Positions 1 through 13,000 of a stretch of DNA of 64,000 bases are shown here, in pieces. Source of the DNA: Corallochytrium limacisporum Hawaii (lineage: Eukaryota > Protista > Pluriformea). The notes beneath the pieces were generated by a model that had not been told where the DNA came from, searched no databases, and saw only the letters and a list, made by a program, of their open reading frames with translations. The stretch is taken from positions 66,050-130,049 of the forward strand of contig PDIP01000145.1 of NCBI GenBank assembly GCA_002811645.1, written 5' to 3'. Position 1 is the first letter of the stretch, and each line of letters starts with the position of its first letter. Both the position numbers and the translations under genes were made by a program.

Positions 1-2
1 CG

Positions 3-1052
3 GTGAGCATCGTAACGATTTTGCGCGAAGGTTACAGTTACGTCGAATATTCGGTCCAGAGTCTGCTGCGCGCAGTCAACGCCTACGAGGGCATCTTCAG
101 GGATAAGGTCCACATAATCATACAGATTGGCGACCGAGACCTGGATAAACAGCAGATCCAAAAAGATCGCCTGCAAGAAGAGTTTTCGAGAGAGATTGAC
201 GAGGGGCTGATCGAGGTCATTACCATTCCCGAGGCCTATCATCCAGCGGAGTACCCAGTGACAGGCCGGGACCAATGGTACTTCAAACAAATCGTGGACT
301 TTAGCCACGTTTTCAAGCACGCAGCCACTCAAAAAGGAGAGTACCTTATCTTCATGGAGGACGATTTACGATACAATGAGAACTTCTTTCAAGAGCTCAA
401 CAAGTTCTTAGACAACAAAGACAAAAGATACGGACTAGAGCCGTGGTACATGCTCAGCGTGAGCGAACTCGGCTTCATTGGTCGCATATTCAAACACCGC
501 CATCTCTGGGAGTTTGGAGAGCTTTTGAAGAGCTATTACACAAATGGAAAAGGTATGCCGGTGGACTATCTCATGATGCACTGGCTTTGGTTACACCGAC
601 AGGAGACGCAACGCTCCTGGAAGAAATCATTAGCTCAGCACTTAGGGGTGCACTCATCTCTGGAGGGTCGAGTCCAGTTGTTACAGGACTGGAAGGCTCC
701 AAAACATCGACTTGATCAGGAGATCTTCAAGCTTGACGACAATGAAGCTGCTGATCAAGCAGACGACGGAGTGACAGACGCCAATCCAAAGCCGCAAGGA
801 GATGAGCAGGCAGAGCAGGAGCATGTGCAGGTGCAGGTGCAGGAGCAGAAGCAGGAGCTGGAGCAGGAGCAGGAGCAAGAGCAAGAGCAAGAGCAAGAGC
901 AAGAGCAAGAGCAAGAGCAAGAGCAAGAGCAAGAGCAAGAGCAAGAGCAAGAGCAAGAGCAAGAGCAAGAGCAAGAGCAAGAGCAAGAGCAAGAGCAAGA
1001 GCAAGAGCAAGAGCAAGAGCAAGAGCAGGAGCTGGAGCAGGTCAGAAAGTAA
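3..1052 (+). CDS. GT54 / MGAT4-like beta-1,4-N-acetylglucosaminyltransferase, 5'-partial (frame open at window edge), with acidic (EQ)n C-terminal tail
   Basis: Motifs match the MGAT4 catalytic domain: KQIVDF (cf. KQNLDY), YLIFMEDD (cf. YYVQLEDD), ELGFIGRIFK (cf. QLGFIGKMFK), PVDYLM (cf. PIDWLL), SLAQHLGVHSSLEGRVQLLQD (cf. SLFQHVGTHSSLAGKIQKLKD). The GTG at 3 is not a true start and the TM anchor lies upstream of the window. Confidence 0.88.
   Translation: MSIVTILREGYSYVEYSVQSLLRAVNAYEGIFRDKVHIIIQIGDRDLDKQQIQKDRLQEEFSREIDEGLIEVITIPEAYHPAEYPVTGRDQWYFKQIVDFSHVFKHAATQKGEYLIFMEDDLRYNENFFQELNKFLDNKDKRYGLEPWYMLSVSELGFIGRIFKHRHLWEFGELLKSYYTNGKGMPVDYLMMHWLWLHRQETQRSWKKSLAQHLGVHSSLEGRVQLLQDWKAPKHRLDQEIFKLDDNEAADQADDGVTDANPKPQGDEQAEQEHVQVQVQEQKQELEQEQEQEQEQEQEQEQEQEQEQEQEQEQEQEQEQEQEQEQEQEQEQEQEQEQEQEQELEQVRK
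843..1040 (+). repeat. Coding hexanucleotide microsatellite (GAGCAA/GAGCAG)n encoding poly(EQ)
   Basis: Directly visible perfect GAGCAA run from about 873 to 1022, with GAGCAG variants on both sides. Confidence 0.97.
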
Positions 1053-1317
1053 ACCTGGGAACACCATGTCCCGGTGTAGAACGAACATGACCACATTTGT
1101 TGGAGCATGCACAGGAGCCTCGGATCTGGATCCTGGGTACTCCGAATACGACAAGAGATCACGAATAGTAGATTACGAATACGACAAGAGACCGAGTCGT
1201 ACATTTCGAATAGAAGATACGAATAGAAGTTTATGTATATATTATTGGAAGGCATGAAAACAGGATCACCATATCCAGATTCCAATTTCGTGTCGCACTG
1301 GCTATGGCAAACGATCG

Positions 1318-2934
1318 TCAGACAACCTCAACTAGCTCGTCCTTATCCTCGTCCTTATCCTCATCCCTCTCCGAAAGATGCAGCTGCTGCTGCAGCTGCT
1401 GTAGCGGAGCCAGGCCATTCTGCCATGCGTGATGAATGGTCTGCAGTGCGGGACTGTCCCCCGTACCGTCATTGTCAGACGTAAAACAGCAGGGCAAGCA
1501 GATAAAAGACGTAAACACCTCCTTGAGCAGGCCAAGCTTTGTACCACTGTAGAGTAGGAGGCAAACATTGATCGACGTAAGGATCACAAATGGCCAACGG
1601 ATAATACGGGCCACATCCTGGTTCTTGAAGTCTTGCACGTACATGAATACAAAGTCACCAATGATCAACGCCAATTCCACAAACAGAGATATTTGCATGG
1701 CATCCACCGTCACGGACAGGGACCGCTCCTTCAAACCCATCAGCACCTGGTATGCAAGTAGCGCACTGAGGATGGTAAGGAAAAAGAAGTCGAGGCGGAA
1801 GGGGATTTTGGGCAGGACATCTGCCAGTAGCAAAATCTCGATGATAATCTCAGAGAAAAGCATAAAGATGGCGTTGAAGCTGATCATGACCTGGGCCTTA
1901 ACCACACTGGAAGGCAAGGTCTCGGACAGCATGCGGTGCTCTGTGTCGTATGGGTTCACGCTGCGGTGCGTACTGGCCACGCGTTCTTCAGCGAGGCCAG
2001 TTGGAAGGCTTACGCCCTGAAGCTGTGAAGCGGTCGCTGCGATGGACGGAGACGGAGACTGTGGTTGGGGCTGGGCCGCCTCGACGTCATAGTCGTAGTC
2101 TACACTGGGAGCGACTGAGCCATGTGCATGTGCATGCGCATGCGCGTGGTGCACACGGCGGCGGTGGTGGTGATGGGCGTGGTGCTGGGTATGGCTACCA
2201 TGGAAGGGACTGCCGGGCCGACGGCCCTGATTTGGCAGGTGCTCGGCTCCGAAGCTGAGTGGAGAGGCTGGTTCTTCGGCCATTGTGTCCACAACACCCG
2301 TGACCATCGCTCCTGAGGACTCTGCTTCCTTTTCCTTCGCGGCCGCGGCACTTGCTGCGGCCTTGCGCTCCTCCTCAGTGCGCCTCACACTCTCCCGGCG
2401 CTGCCTCCGCTGCGCCTCCTCGACTAGCGAAGCGTTGCTCAATTCAGTCTGAAGCCAATGATAAATGTCTGACAGTTTGTGACCAACGGTGACCTGTCTA
2501 CGCATGCCACCCTTCACTTGGCCAGGGGTGCGAAGACGGTGCGGTAACGTGTCGATGTCATCACCAGCCATTGTGGCACCTCCCTGCTGCAATGATTGTT
2601 GTTGGTAGTATTCTTGTTGTTCACGGATCTGCCGCATTCGTTCCTGGTCCCGAAGGTTAGGGAAGCTCCGGACCCGCTGTTCTCCTTGCAGTGCTGGTGT
2701 ATGTTGCGTTCCCCGACCGGCGACATGTGAGTGGACGTCCGGCCCCAAGCGTGAAAGGAATGACCGTCTCCGCTGAGGCTGTTGTTGTGGCAGCTCACCC
2801 TGCTGCTGCTGTTCTTGCTGCTGCTGTTCCTGCTGGGTCTCCTGGCTCTCTTGCTCCATACGCTGTAGGGACGTTTCCGAATCTGCAGTGGGCATGGGGA
2901 TCCATGACTGCCTCTTGTGCGGAGGTCCAGTCAT
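1318..2934 (-). CDS. Unknown membrane protein, 538 aa: long disordered Q/H/R-rich N-terminus and about 4 C-terminal TM helices
   Basis: Long uninterrupted ORF. Four hydrophobic segments (VMISFNAIFMLFSEIIIEILLLA; FFFLTILSALLAYQVLMGL; ISLFVELALIIGDFVFMYV; WPFVILTSINVCLLLY), then CLPCC and an acidic tail. Convergent with the MGAT4-like gene. Confidence 0.8.
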   Translation of the reverse strand: MTGPPHKRQSWIPMPTADSETSLQRMEQESQETQQEQQQQEQQQQGELPQQQPQRRRSFLSRLGPDVHSHVAGRGTQHTPALQGEQRVRSFPNLRDQERMRQIREQQEYYQQQSLQQGGATMAGDDIDTLPHRLRTPGQVKGGMRRQVTVGHKLSDIYHWLQTELSNASLVEEAQRRQRRESVRRTEEERKAAASAAAAKEKEAESSGAMVTGVVDTMAEEPASPLSFGAEHLPNQGRRPGSPFHGSHTQHHAHHHHRRRVHHAHAHAHAHGSVAPSVDYDYDVEAAQPQPQSPSPSIAATASQLQGVSLPTGLAEERVASTHRSVNPYDTEHRMLSETLPSSVVKAQVMISFNAIFMLFSEIIIEILLLADVLPKIPFRLDFFFLTILSALLAYQVLMGLKERSLSVTVDAMQISLFVELALIIGDFVFMYVQDFKNQDVARIIRWPFVILTSINVCLLLYSGTKLGLLKEVFTSFICLPCCFTSDNDGTGDSPALQTIHHAWQNGLAPLQQLQQQLHLSERDEDKDEDKDELVEVV

Positions 2935-5599
2935 TTTGAAATCTATGTTCGAACTCTGACTTCAAATTCTATTTTTCACTACTACCGAACGTTTGGTACA
3001 AAGAACGGATTCATAACCACGTCTTGTTCCTATGAAGAGAGTCCACGGTTGGAATCATGCAGTTCATTTCGTTTCTAGGTCTTTGTATTTACTTGCTAGG
3101 TGATGTTTGGTATAGATTTGATCGCTATATACCTCAACGGAGAATGTCGAGAAGACAGCGTGTAGATTGGGTCTGTAAGCGAAGGAGAGCACAGTATATG
3201 CAGGTCCGAAGAATGGATTGGATCTGGCTGCCTGCCTGACTGGCACCCTTTGGCGCAGACCAACAGTTTCGAATTCTGATCAACACCGTTACCTTTCCCC
3301 CGTTGGCGTCACCGTTGGCGGTGGTTGGCATTGGGGTCATTTCATCTAATCTCCCGCGTTACCTTTTGGGCCACCCCCCCATCTTCGTTATCGATGAAGT
3401 AATTGGGACACCTCCTGGTCCAGTCAAAAATCCAGTTTCCATACTAAATATATTAACTCTCTCGGGTCTGAGAATAGAAAGGAAGAAAACAGCCACCTGG
3501 ATGCATCGTAGGCGGAGTTCTGATTTTTTGAAATGTACACACGCTGTGGTCCCCTCTCCCTCTCGCCTTCTTTGGCCGGGGGAAGTGCCAGTTATTCTCA
3601 GTCTCACCCTCCCCCCCTCCTCCTCCTCCTCTAACTCCGCGCACTTGTAAATGCGTACGGAGGCAACATCAATTGACTGCTCAGTTGTCTACATGTACTG
3701 AATATCATCCCCGACTACGCTATTAAAACAATACAAAAACAATATACTACATAGGTGTAATGTATATTTTCGGTACCGGCCCAGGTGTTGCGTAGGGCTA
3801 GGTTCTCTGTGACGTCGCCCCAGTTGGGGACACGAGAAGACGACATCATCCCCCCCCCCAAGAGAGAGAGACTCGCACAGTCAACGCGGGCCACGGGAGA
3901 GACCCCCGTAGATTTTCCCTCGAAACCCACACTTTCTAGCAGGTTCCAAAATAAACAGAAGGGTTCTGCCACCCCCACTCCCCCCCCCCCCCCCCCGGGG
4001 GGGCGTTCTCTCTTCTCCCTTCCGTTCCAACACCCTCGCAATACCCTCGCAATGTCCCTTCGTTAATCACACCTGCCCTTGGTGTGTTTGAACCGTCCCG
4101 TGTTGTGGATTGGTACCTAACGGAGGGGGGCTTTTGGTGGACGCAGTGTTCTTCGCTGCTAATACTCCGATACGAATTTAAGGGTATTTTGCCAGGGTAC
4201 GAGAAAATAGGTCACCATGGGTGGAGTCCGAGTTCGTTCTGTCCATACCAGAGCCCCCTCCCTGCCCCGGTGCAAACCTGCAATGTTCTGAGTATATTTA
4301 GTATTGCATGTGTCAATCATACAGTTTTTTATGGTGGGTCATCGATAGCAACCCCGAACGGGCACTCGTCATTGCCCCCAACCACCCGGAGAAAAACTCG
4401 CGCCACTACGTGTACACATCGCAAGGGACGTGAGTTTGTCCCCGGTCAAGAAAACGCGGTACAGAACAGACTGACAAAAAGTTGCAATTGGACGAGGCGT
4501 GTTTTTGAGTTGGTGTTTTTTTTCTTAAGTCCCAATCAGCCCGGTCCCGCAGCTCTCCACCCCCGGGGGGTGGGAGTGGGTTCCCGCAGACATTGAGAAA
4601 TTAAGGACAGATAAGCGAAAGATCCCATTCAGGCTGCCTGGCTGATAAAGGGTTCTCCTTAGCCTGTTCTTCCCCCTCCCCCCCTCCACCTCCACCTCTC
4701 CCTCTCCCTCCCTTTCAGCGCCCGCAGGTGGTGGTGGTACACTGCCTCGTCGCTTTTGGGCCTGCGTGTGTGTTGGTGTGCTTTGCGTCTGGCTGGCTCT
4801 CTCTCTCTCTCTCCCCCTCTCTCCCCCCCTGGTTCCCTCGCTTTCCCTTCCGTGCGCTGTCTTGCCACTTAGGGGTCGTAGAAGGAAAAAGTCGGAAGAG
4901 AACACACACGGGCGCGGGAGAATTTTATCTCTCAAAGGCTATGAATGAGAGAGTTGCGTGAATGGGAAAACCAAAAAACAACCTTGCTTCCACGCCTGTA
5001 GGGGAAAAGAAAGGGAGGGGGGGAGAGAGAGAATCATAGTTATTACATTAGGCGGACGGTCTATTAAAGAATTCTGCTGTACGTCGGTCCGAATAGTACC
5101 AAGAGCCAGGATGGGCAAAGGGGGAGTGAGGGGCGGACAGTTTCGACACTGGGTGCAAAGCCCAACGGGGAGAAACGGTGGGATGTGCGGGCACCATATG
5201 ATTTATATGGGGAAAAAGTATCAGGGCATCTGTCGGGGCCAAGACGGTCAATATTTTTTTCTTTTCTTCCCGGTACCTTCTGCGGTGTGATACGGGAACG
5301 AAACATCCCGAAGATCGGTCACGCAGCTATTTTTGGTTTTCATATACGTTTTGCAATCCAGAAATTCTGTCGCAGCGTATGCATAAAATATGTATACACA
5401 AAGTATGATATTAAAAGTTAGCCGTATACAGTTTCACACAGGTGCGAAGTGAGTAGGACCCCCTGCAGGTTAGGTGTGACAAGATTTGTGCCAACTGTAC
5501 ATTGTCCAGCCAAGCGTGTCCTTCTCCATTCCTTCTCTATGATGGATTGTGAACCACCGATGAGCGACTCTTGCACCGCCGGGCATGTAAGTGGGTTAC

Positions 5600-8450
5600 A
5601 AAATCGGACGATATTGGGGACCTGTTTAATGAAAGGGCATGGTCAAGTCCTAATGATTCCACGTGGAATCAGTACGGAATGTACGCACGTCGAGTCACTG
5701 TATGAGTGAGTATGTCTTAAGTTCTTAACTATGGTGGGGGTAAAGTCTCGCTCGGGGCGTACGGATTTCCCGCGCGGAGAGAGTCTGCGGGAGCTGGGGC
5801 TTCCCAATTCGTTCCGACTGGGCTTTGGGCATCTCCCATTTCTCACGTCTATATGTTCCACCTGGCAGAAACAAAGAACATAATCATCGACCTCAAACTT
5901 CACTCATGTGGTACACTCCCTTCGGTCCCAGTGAATTTGGCAAACAAGTTCGCTCGTCAACATCTGTGGAAGGGCTGTGTGACTGTCGACGTCCATTTCG
6001 TTTCAAATCATTGGCGCCCCCCGAGGGAGCACCCACTAGCTACTCCCTCGTGGACAAGAGCAACATAAGTGATAATGGAAGGCCGTCTGTGCGAATGCTG
6101 GGGACAGGACATCCTCTACTGTATAGCGTTCACATGAAAAGCGATGGTGAGTCAAATCCAAGAATGACGAAGTGCCACCGTTTCCTCAGGAAGTCATCTT
6201 CAACATCAAAGCCTCGCGTGCATCAAAATGGACAGAATAAGGAAGACGGTTCTACGGCTCATTAGCATGGCAAAGAGAAGCTCGTTTATCGCACAAGCGG
6301 ATGTTAAACGATGGCGAGTGTGTTTCGTCAGCGATGAAGTAATTGTAGCGTTTTTGATGAACCTCAATCTCCTTCCGATGTGGCCGATGATCATATCTAT
6401 ACCTGTAGGATCATCGTCCATTCAACACTGACAAGCGTGCAAACAATTGAACCACTAGTAATAAGGAGCACACTAGCGGCACAACCCACCACCACGTCAG
6501 GAAATCATTAGCCTCTCCCCAACCGAACATGGTCTTGGCCAAGCTGCAGTTTTACGACGGACCAAGCGCAGGTCCAGACGACCGCATTACTCATGTCACC
6601 ATGGATGGTCACCGACAGGGGATGGCAGCCTATAGCGGGGTCTCTCTTCAAGAGGAAGTTGTGGAGCGTGGGCAGGTTCCCGTCGTTGGGGGGCACACAG
6701 ATGCAAACTTTACCCGAGTGGCATCACAAGTCCGTAGAGTGCGGCTGTGACACATCCGTGTAGTGGTTGAGCCGGGCAACAAGGAACAGGAGGCTCTACA
6801 TGCCACGAAGAGACCCGGGGCGAGTCCGAACTCTTAGGAGGTCATAGTATGTGGGCAGATCTGCTTAATCTTCCCAGTGTCCATACGACTCCGTCCTTCA
6901 GCGTCGATCGTGCTTCATTGGTGACCTGAGTACGGTCCGCCCGGACAATGGCACCCCGAAGCAAACATACCTGAAACCCTCATGAAGTCGCGAAATACAG
7001 AAATCCATATTTTAAAGAAATCTATTGAAATATATAAAATCAACGAGAGTACCCGAATATTTAGAATATGGCCAGTCAGCCCCACAAGCGGCTCGAGGTG
7101 CCTCGTCGGATGTCATGCATTTTGCCATGGGACCCTGGGGTATGAAGCTACTGGCATGTCAGCTGTGTTCGAGCTGGCGATCAGGTCAAAACCAGGAAGC
7201 AGCCCACAAGAATAGGACTCATGTACATGTACAATACATACCGGCTAGTGACCATACGTTCTCCTACATCACGTGTTGTCTTCCTCTACAGGGCGCCATA
7301 GTATACAGAGAGTTAGAGTAAGCGATGGCATTGCGTAAAAGTTTCTTTCCAGCCCGTGATATATAAACAATCAATATCATAGCATCCAGAACATGAATGG
7401 TCATGATGGGCAGGAGTCCTTCTTTCGGAATTATACTGCCCATCAGACTCTGTTCATGTTGACAGACGGGCAGATATGAAACACTGGAGTGCGCACTGTG
7501 GGCGTTCATACCTATGCCTCGTACGGATGGTGGGGTCTTGAGTCTGAATGCGGGTTGAGGGTCAAGCCCGAACTGTTCCAGCTGGTCACTTCTGATCCCA
7601 CTGGTCCATCCATTCTGACAGAGTACAGGAATGATTTGACGACTGTGTTTCACGGGCTCAGCATGCACCAGGCTCTTAGGGAATTATCCACACAATGCAA
7701 ATATTGAACAGCCGTAGAAATGAAAGGCAGGTTCTTGTTTCGCAGCCCACATTCCCGCCCATCCATCACCCAGGCTAATCGTATTTGGGAACTTCGGTCT
7801 TTATTGTCACCGCCCACATGAGGCATCCACAAAGAATTTAGTGTCTAAGGTCGCCATTCCTTTGTAACGGATGACAGTGGACTATTGGAACCTACGTCTG
7901 CCGGGAGGCCGCTTGGACCCAACATTTGCGGGCTCCGATTTGGTACGTACGTTAAATTTCCTTCCTTTTTCAGATGCTCAGTAGTGCACCCGGCTATTAT
8001 CCTTGCCCTCCGAATTTCTTCCTGACACCCTGTACGCGTACGTTGAGGGCCATTCGCTATAGGAAAATAGTGTTCCTTCGGTGGTTCCCCACCCAACCTT
8101 TATTTCATTTTGGGAGCGTAACTGGTGCAGCTCGTGAGCAGGAAGCCATCCATTAGTGTCCGGGGCCATCGCTTGTAAATTCCAATTCCTTCACTTTCGA
8201 TCACATAGATTTGTCCTTTTGGATGGCGGCACTCATACGGCACGGTGAGAAAGCCCACTTTCAAAGACCGTGCAACCTGTTTGACAGGGAGAGAGGCATG
8301 CTTTCTGAGTGGCAGAGGTGTCTACGGTCCAACCGGCATCTTTGGTCGTTCCTTCGAAGATTGTTGCTGAGAGGGCACCGATTGCGTTTCTGGATTGTAT
8401 AGGATGCCGTGTGATGGTAAGGTCCTCACAGAGTATCACTGGGAAAGTTC
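5600..8450 (-). mobile_element. Decayed Ty3/Gypsy (chromovirus-like) pol relic: RT-RNaseH-integrase-chromodomain order
   Basis: Manual minus-strand translation across many stops and frameshifts gives motif remnants in the correct order: ASCSRAAPVTLPK (~8130, PSxSPxxAPV), KEHYFP (~8070), MLGPSGLP (~7915, MPFGL), VQYL (~7705), QPAFRLKTPPSVRGIG and PKEGLLPI (7420-7560, RNase H TDASxxGIG / EKELLAI), ICVP..DPAIGCHP..CSLAK (6540-6700, HHCC), FEVDDYVL (~5890, FxVGDxVL), TYSLIQ*LD..DSTW (~5660-5720, chromo YLxKW..xTWE). A purine-rich PPT-like tract lies at 5520-5538. Confidence 0.62.
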
Positions 8451-9899
8451 GCTTTGAGACTCAATGGGCCACCCACAAGCCCACACAAACCAAGCGGGAA
8501 ACCCAATCCTAAGAAACAGGGCGACTTGCCGTAAAAGGAAGTTTTCTTACAAAATTTCCCCTTTTCGGTCTGTACAGCCGGTTAAACTTTGGCAGCGAAA
8601 TTCTTTGGTGGCTGGGCGTGCAGAGAACAACGCAAATGCTTGAGCGCACAGAGTGCACACATTTCTTCCCTGTGGTTCCTGTGTGTTTCTTCTTCCTTCA
8701 TCTGCAGATAAGTGCTACGATGTTGACGGGGTTCATGTCAAAAGAGTCTCCATTCGTGCAGGATTAGTTATATAATTGTGGAAATAGTAAGCAACAATTG
8801 CCCCTTTGTTCTCTTTGGTATTTTTGTGGAAATTCAGAAAGCGAAACCACATCAGTAACGTGTGTAAGAGAGCGCCGCTTGCGGAATCGGGACTGTAAAC
8901 ACACAATATGGACAAAATGTAACTGAACTCTTGTGCGAAAGAACTTAAACCGTTGTTTCATTGGTTTTTGCAGGAGATCGAAGCAATGATCCGAGGTTTA
9001 TAGAAGTTTGGAGCTTGAAAAAATTTAGCGTGGAGAGGGCTCCAGGGAAGAAAACGGCGAGAGAGACAGCGATGTCGGGATACATAACCTCCTTGCTTCC
9101 TTCCTCTTCATCACCAACATTTCCGTCTTTCCCAAGAAGCAGTAGGATAGACCAGGCGGAGAAGTCCTTTCATGTTGTAGACAAGGATGTACCGGTCTCC
9201 ATAGCGCAGCGCTTGGCTAAGTTCTCCTCGTACTCGATGTCCCCTGTGCGAGAATCCTACTACCCCCTAGTTTCTAAATTTACCGGGGAAGAAGCAGAAG
9301 GAAATATGCTAGACGCAATTAAACACAAACTGGCAGCTCTCCGCGAAGACACCTTCGTAAGAAGCAGAAAGCGATCTCTTGTCAATTTGTTGAAAACACT
9401 AGTGCGCGTGTTTATCTTTCAGTCGCTAAGAGGCGAAGATTCAAACCCCTGCTGCCCGTGCTTCTCCACCAACGAACCTGAGCAAGGAACGAGATAGTAG
9501 TACCAAGAGGGAAAACGAGAACGAAACTACAAGTTTCATTGTAGTATGAAATGAACTCGTGTTGGAAGCTTTGTTCTCGAGAGAGATAGTAGAAAGAAAA
9601 TAAGTGCCGTCTACCAATTGTTTCGGTGTGGGTGACTTGGACACCGGTCTTCACACATGTGCTAGGTGCGTGCTGTCCTCATTGTCAGATACCGGGGGCA
9701 AGCTCTCGGCACGTTTTTTCTCAATGGCAACAATGAATACTTTCCGGTGTAAATATATATATACTGAGGAGGTGAAATGTTCGCCTATTTCTTGGCTGAC
9801 ACACTTAGCACGTCAATATCAGTTTCCACCCCCTGCTACTTTCCTATATATCTCTCTTCAACAAGAATCCGGAAAGGCCGGGCCCATGTTCTGCCAACT

Positions 9900-10060
9900 T
9901 CTTAAAACCGATAGGGATATACTTGTAGATAGAAACCATGCAGTGCGCTCTCTGAATGTCCACAGCAAAAGGAAGTGGGACATTCCATTCGTTCCTTGTA
10001 GATGTTTCTAAATGAATATTCGCGGGTTTCCCACTCATCTAGCAGCGGTCGCTTTGTTAT
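9900..10060 (-). mobile_element. Possible non-LTR retrotransposon C-terminal zinc-knuckle remnant
   Basis: Minus strand reads ECPTSFCCGHSESALHGFY, resembling CPxC....ESxxHxFxxC; a single degenerate motif only. Confidence 0.25.
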
Positions 10061-13000
10061 GTTACGTTAAGAATACTTGCTTGATGCATGTTGGTACGTC
10101 GATTTGACGCATAGCTCTGTTGTTTGACAAAGTAGTCACAGCTTCCGTAGTCTTCGTTTCCCCTTCAGTCGTTTCTAATCTCGTTTGCACTAGGGTATAT
10201 AGGATACCCCTTGTCTGCCATTCTTTTTGCAGGTTTGTTTGGATGATACCCCACCTTGTTCAGTTGCTGCGCTCCGCTCATCCAAGGGTGTGTTTCATTC
10301 TCTCTCTCATTTCAGGAAGGTCCGACACTGGTATTGCTCTCACTTTCTTGAGCTCTTTGGTCGATGAGTGACCGCTCCCCTTCTATACAAGGCAAGGTAA
10401 CTGTATGATGCTTTCCCAATATAGAAACCGTGCACTAAGACGCTATGGTTTTGACCCGGGATGTTGAGGGAGCTTCGGTTGCCCTCCATCCACCTCCCTT
10501 TAGTTCTTCAGTGCCTCCTCGCAACAGAAACAGGTATGGCATCAAATGACTCAATGGCCATGTGGTGAGGAGCAAGCTGTACCTTGTTGGCTCTTCAATT
10601 CCCATCCGCCCCTCAGCCGACCGCCCCTCTCGGCCCCCNNNNNNNNNNNNNNNNNNNNNNNNNNNNNNNNNNNNNNNNNNNNNNNNNNNNNNNNNNNNNN
10701 NNNNNNNNNNNNNNNNNNNNNNNNNNNNNNNNNNNNNNNNNNNNNNNNNNNNNNNNNNNNNNNNNNNNNNNNNNNNNNNNNNNNNNNNNNNNNNNNNNNN
10801 NNNNNNNNNNNNNNNNNNNNNNNNNNNNNNNNNNNNNNNNNNCACCCCACTCCGCTCTCTTGTTCCACATAAACACCAGTCGAGAAATTCAATATCCTCC
10901 TTCTCACATACGAACTATTATGGCACGGGCTGTAGGAATGCCTGCCGAAAAAGTGCCCGGCAATATGACAAAGAAGGAACTGTCCTCCTTCATTTAAAGA
11001 TCTTGTTGTTCCCCATGAGTATGAATGAGAATGGAAACTAGATCTGGGAAGTCTGAATGAATCCATAACTCCATCTCCAAATTGTTATGGCGCATTGTCG
11101 AAGATCAGAAACCAGATGCCACACCACACGCGAGGCCCCACGCTCCCCATTTGCGCATGTTCTTCTCCAATGTGTCTCTGAGTAGTTTGTGTGGTGTGTA
11201 ACCGCTGAGTCTTTGGATCAAACTCCGATCGTCTGTTACTGCTTGATTTGCTTGCAGAGTAGAGTACTTACAAGAAGGAGTACACAGAACATACCTCCAT
11301 CATCGAATTTTCAATTTGGGCCCCTTGCTTGAGACAGTGACTTCGGTTGCCTTGTGTGCGACTTCTCACTCCATCTTTCGATTCGGTGTCTTGAAATTTT
11401 GTAGAAAAGGGATAGTTGCAGATGATTCCCGTCCCCTACTTTGCCTCCATGTCTGTCGTGTAAAATGTGAGCCTGAGGCTATGGTTGAAAAATTGTGAGA
11501 GTTGTATGGGGCCCAACCAACTGTCCGTTTCCCTGTGGGTTTAACAAGTGGCGGTGCTCGGTCTATTTGTTGGAGACAAGGCGCGAAGGATATTTTCAAT
11601 GGCAAGACACAGCTAACTCGGTGTCTCCATGGCGTGTTACAACTCATGATTGTGACCCCATGACCATGCGGCTGTCTTTGTTGTGTATGGTGCCTGAATG
11701 CTTCGGCCTTATCTCATTTTAAATTTTGACACCTTACCACATACTCACACCAACTACGATATCCTTGTAATAGAGTTTTTGATTTTGTTTTGTTCTTCTT
11801 GTCGTTGTTTGCAGTGATTAGAATATCGTTTGTGGAGAATAACTCAAATTCTATGGAGCCATTGTTTATTATGTGTTGTATGTCTCAGTGGGAGTAACAA
11901 CTGGCCCGTGGATGGGCAACCACGCTCGGTGCCGCCTTTGCTTTATTTGTGCCCCTGTCTGGGTGCATATACACTTCCCACGGAAGAGCCACTGTGCTCC
12001 TGTTTGGCCATCTCAGTTCATCATCGACAACATCACCACTGACACCAACTTATCATTTCGTTTTGGGGCCCACCTGATTGCGAGCGCTAACCAGACTCAC
12101 ACACTCCCTCACACCCCGCTCACTACAAACTCAGGTGATGCACCAAACTCGTTTCAGACAGCCACAGACACAGACACACATGGACACACAACGACACCAA
12201 TCCCAGCGCAGACGATGGAATGATAGCAAGTCCCTAGGCAGCCGGCCCCTTGTGGGTGTGTTCAATGCGTGTTGCTTCTGCCACACAATTGACAATGCAG
12301 ACCTTAGCGGCCCATGGTGCACGCAAAGCAATGATGATCTCCACGGCAGCTGGAACCGCAAAGGACATGGATCAAGTGGGTTCATGTGTTATACTTGGGG
12401 TCGCAAGGGGTAAAATAACATACAATTCATCGACATCGTCAACCGGTGCCCACCGTGCTCGCACACACAAAACGCAGAGTAACCAAACCTTTTGATGTGA
12501 TGGAATTCATATCGCTGCGCAGGGTCTGAGGGTTTACGATGCGCGGTGGCATTCATATCCGTTTACGGTGATGCACCTGTCTCCTCCTTGTGTATGAGTG
12601 TGCGTAGAGAATTGTTGCGTGGAGAAAAACTTAGACTAATCGCCTTGCAGTAATCGTTGTGGGTGGGGTTTGATTTGAGCGTTGCCATTCATGATCCCTT
12701 CTCGGCAAGCCTCAAACTAGGTTTGGCCTCGCGCACATTGAAATCACAAACATGCTAAGCTACGCTACGTTTCAGGTTCCTTCTGTGTGCGCTCTCCTCG
12801 ATGCCTCACGATGAGGTCTTTAGGATGGCGCGGTGGTCCCCCTCCTGCGCACTCATCCTCCCGATTTCTCTTCCGTCTTCAGCCCGATTTCCCTTCCGTC
12901 TTCTGCCGTCTTGATCCAAAACACTAGATCCTTTTTTCTCCTCTTTCCTCGTCTTGCGTTCCACGAAGATGCTGTTGCCAGTGGTGCTCCTCAGGGACTC

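Noticed and set aside
681-1285. Poly-L, poly-(SC) and poly-(SK) ORFs
   Set aside because: Alternative-frame and antisense readings of the GAGCAA microsatellite.
3979-4003. Recurrent CnGn palindromes and G-runs (also ~32041, 42984, 53184, 63533) as hairpin or G4 elements
   Set aside because: Homopolymers are pervasive here and nearby sequence is visibly error-prone, so they cannot be separated from background or artefact.
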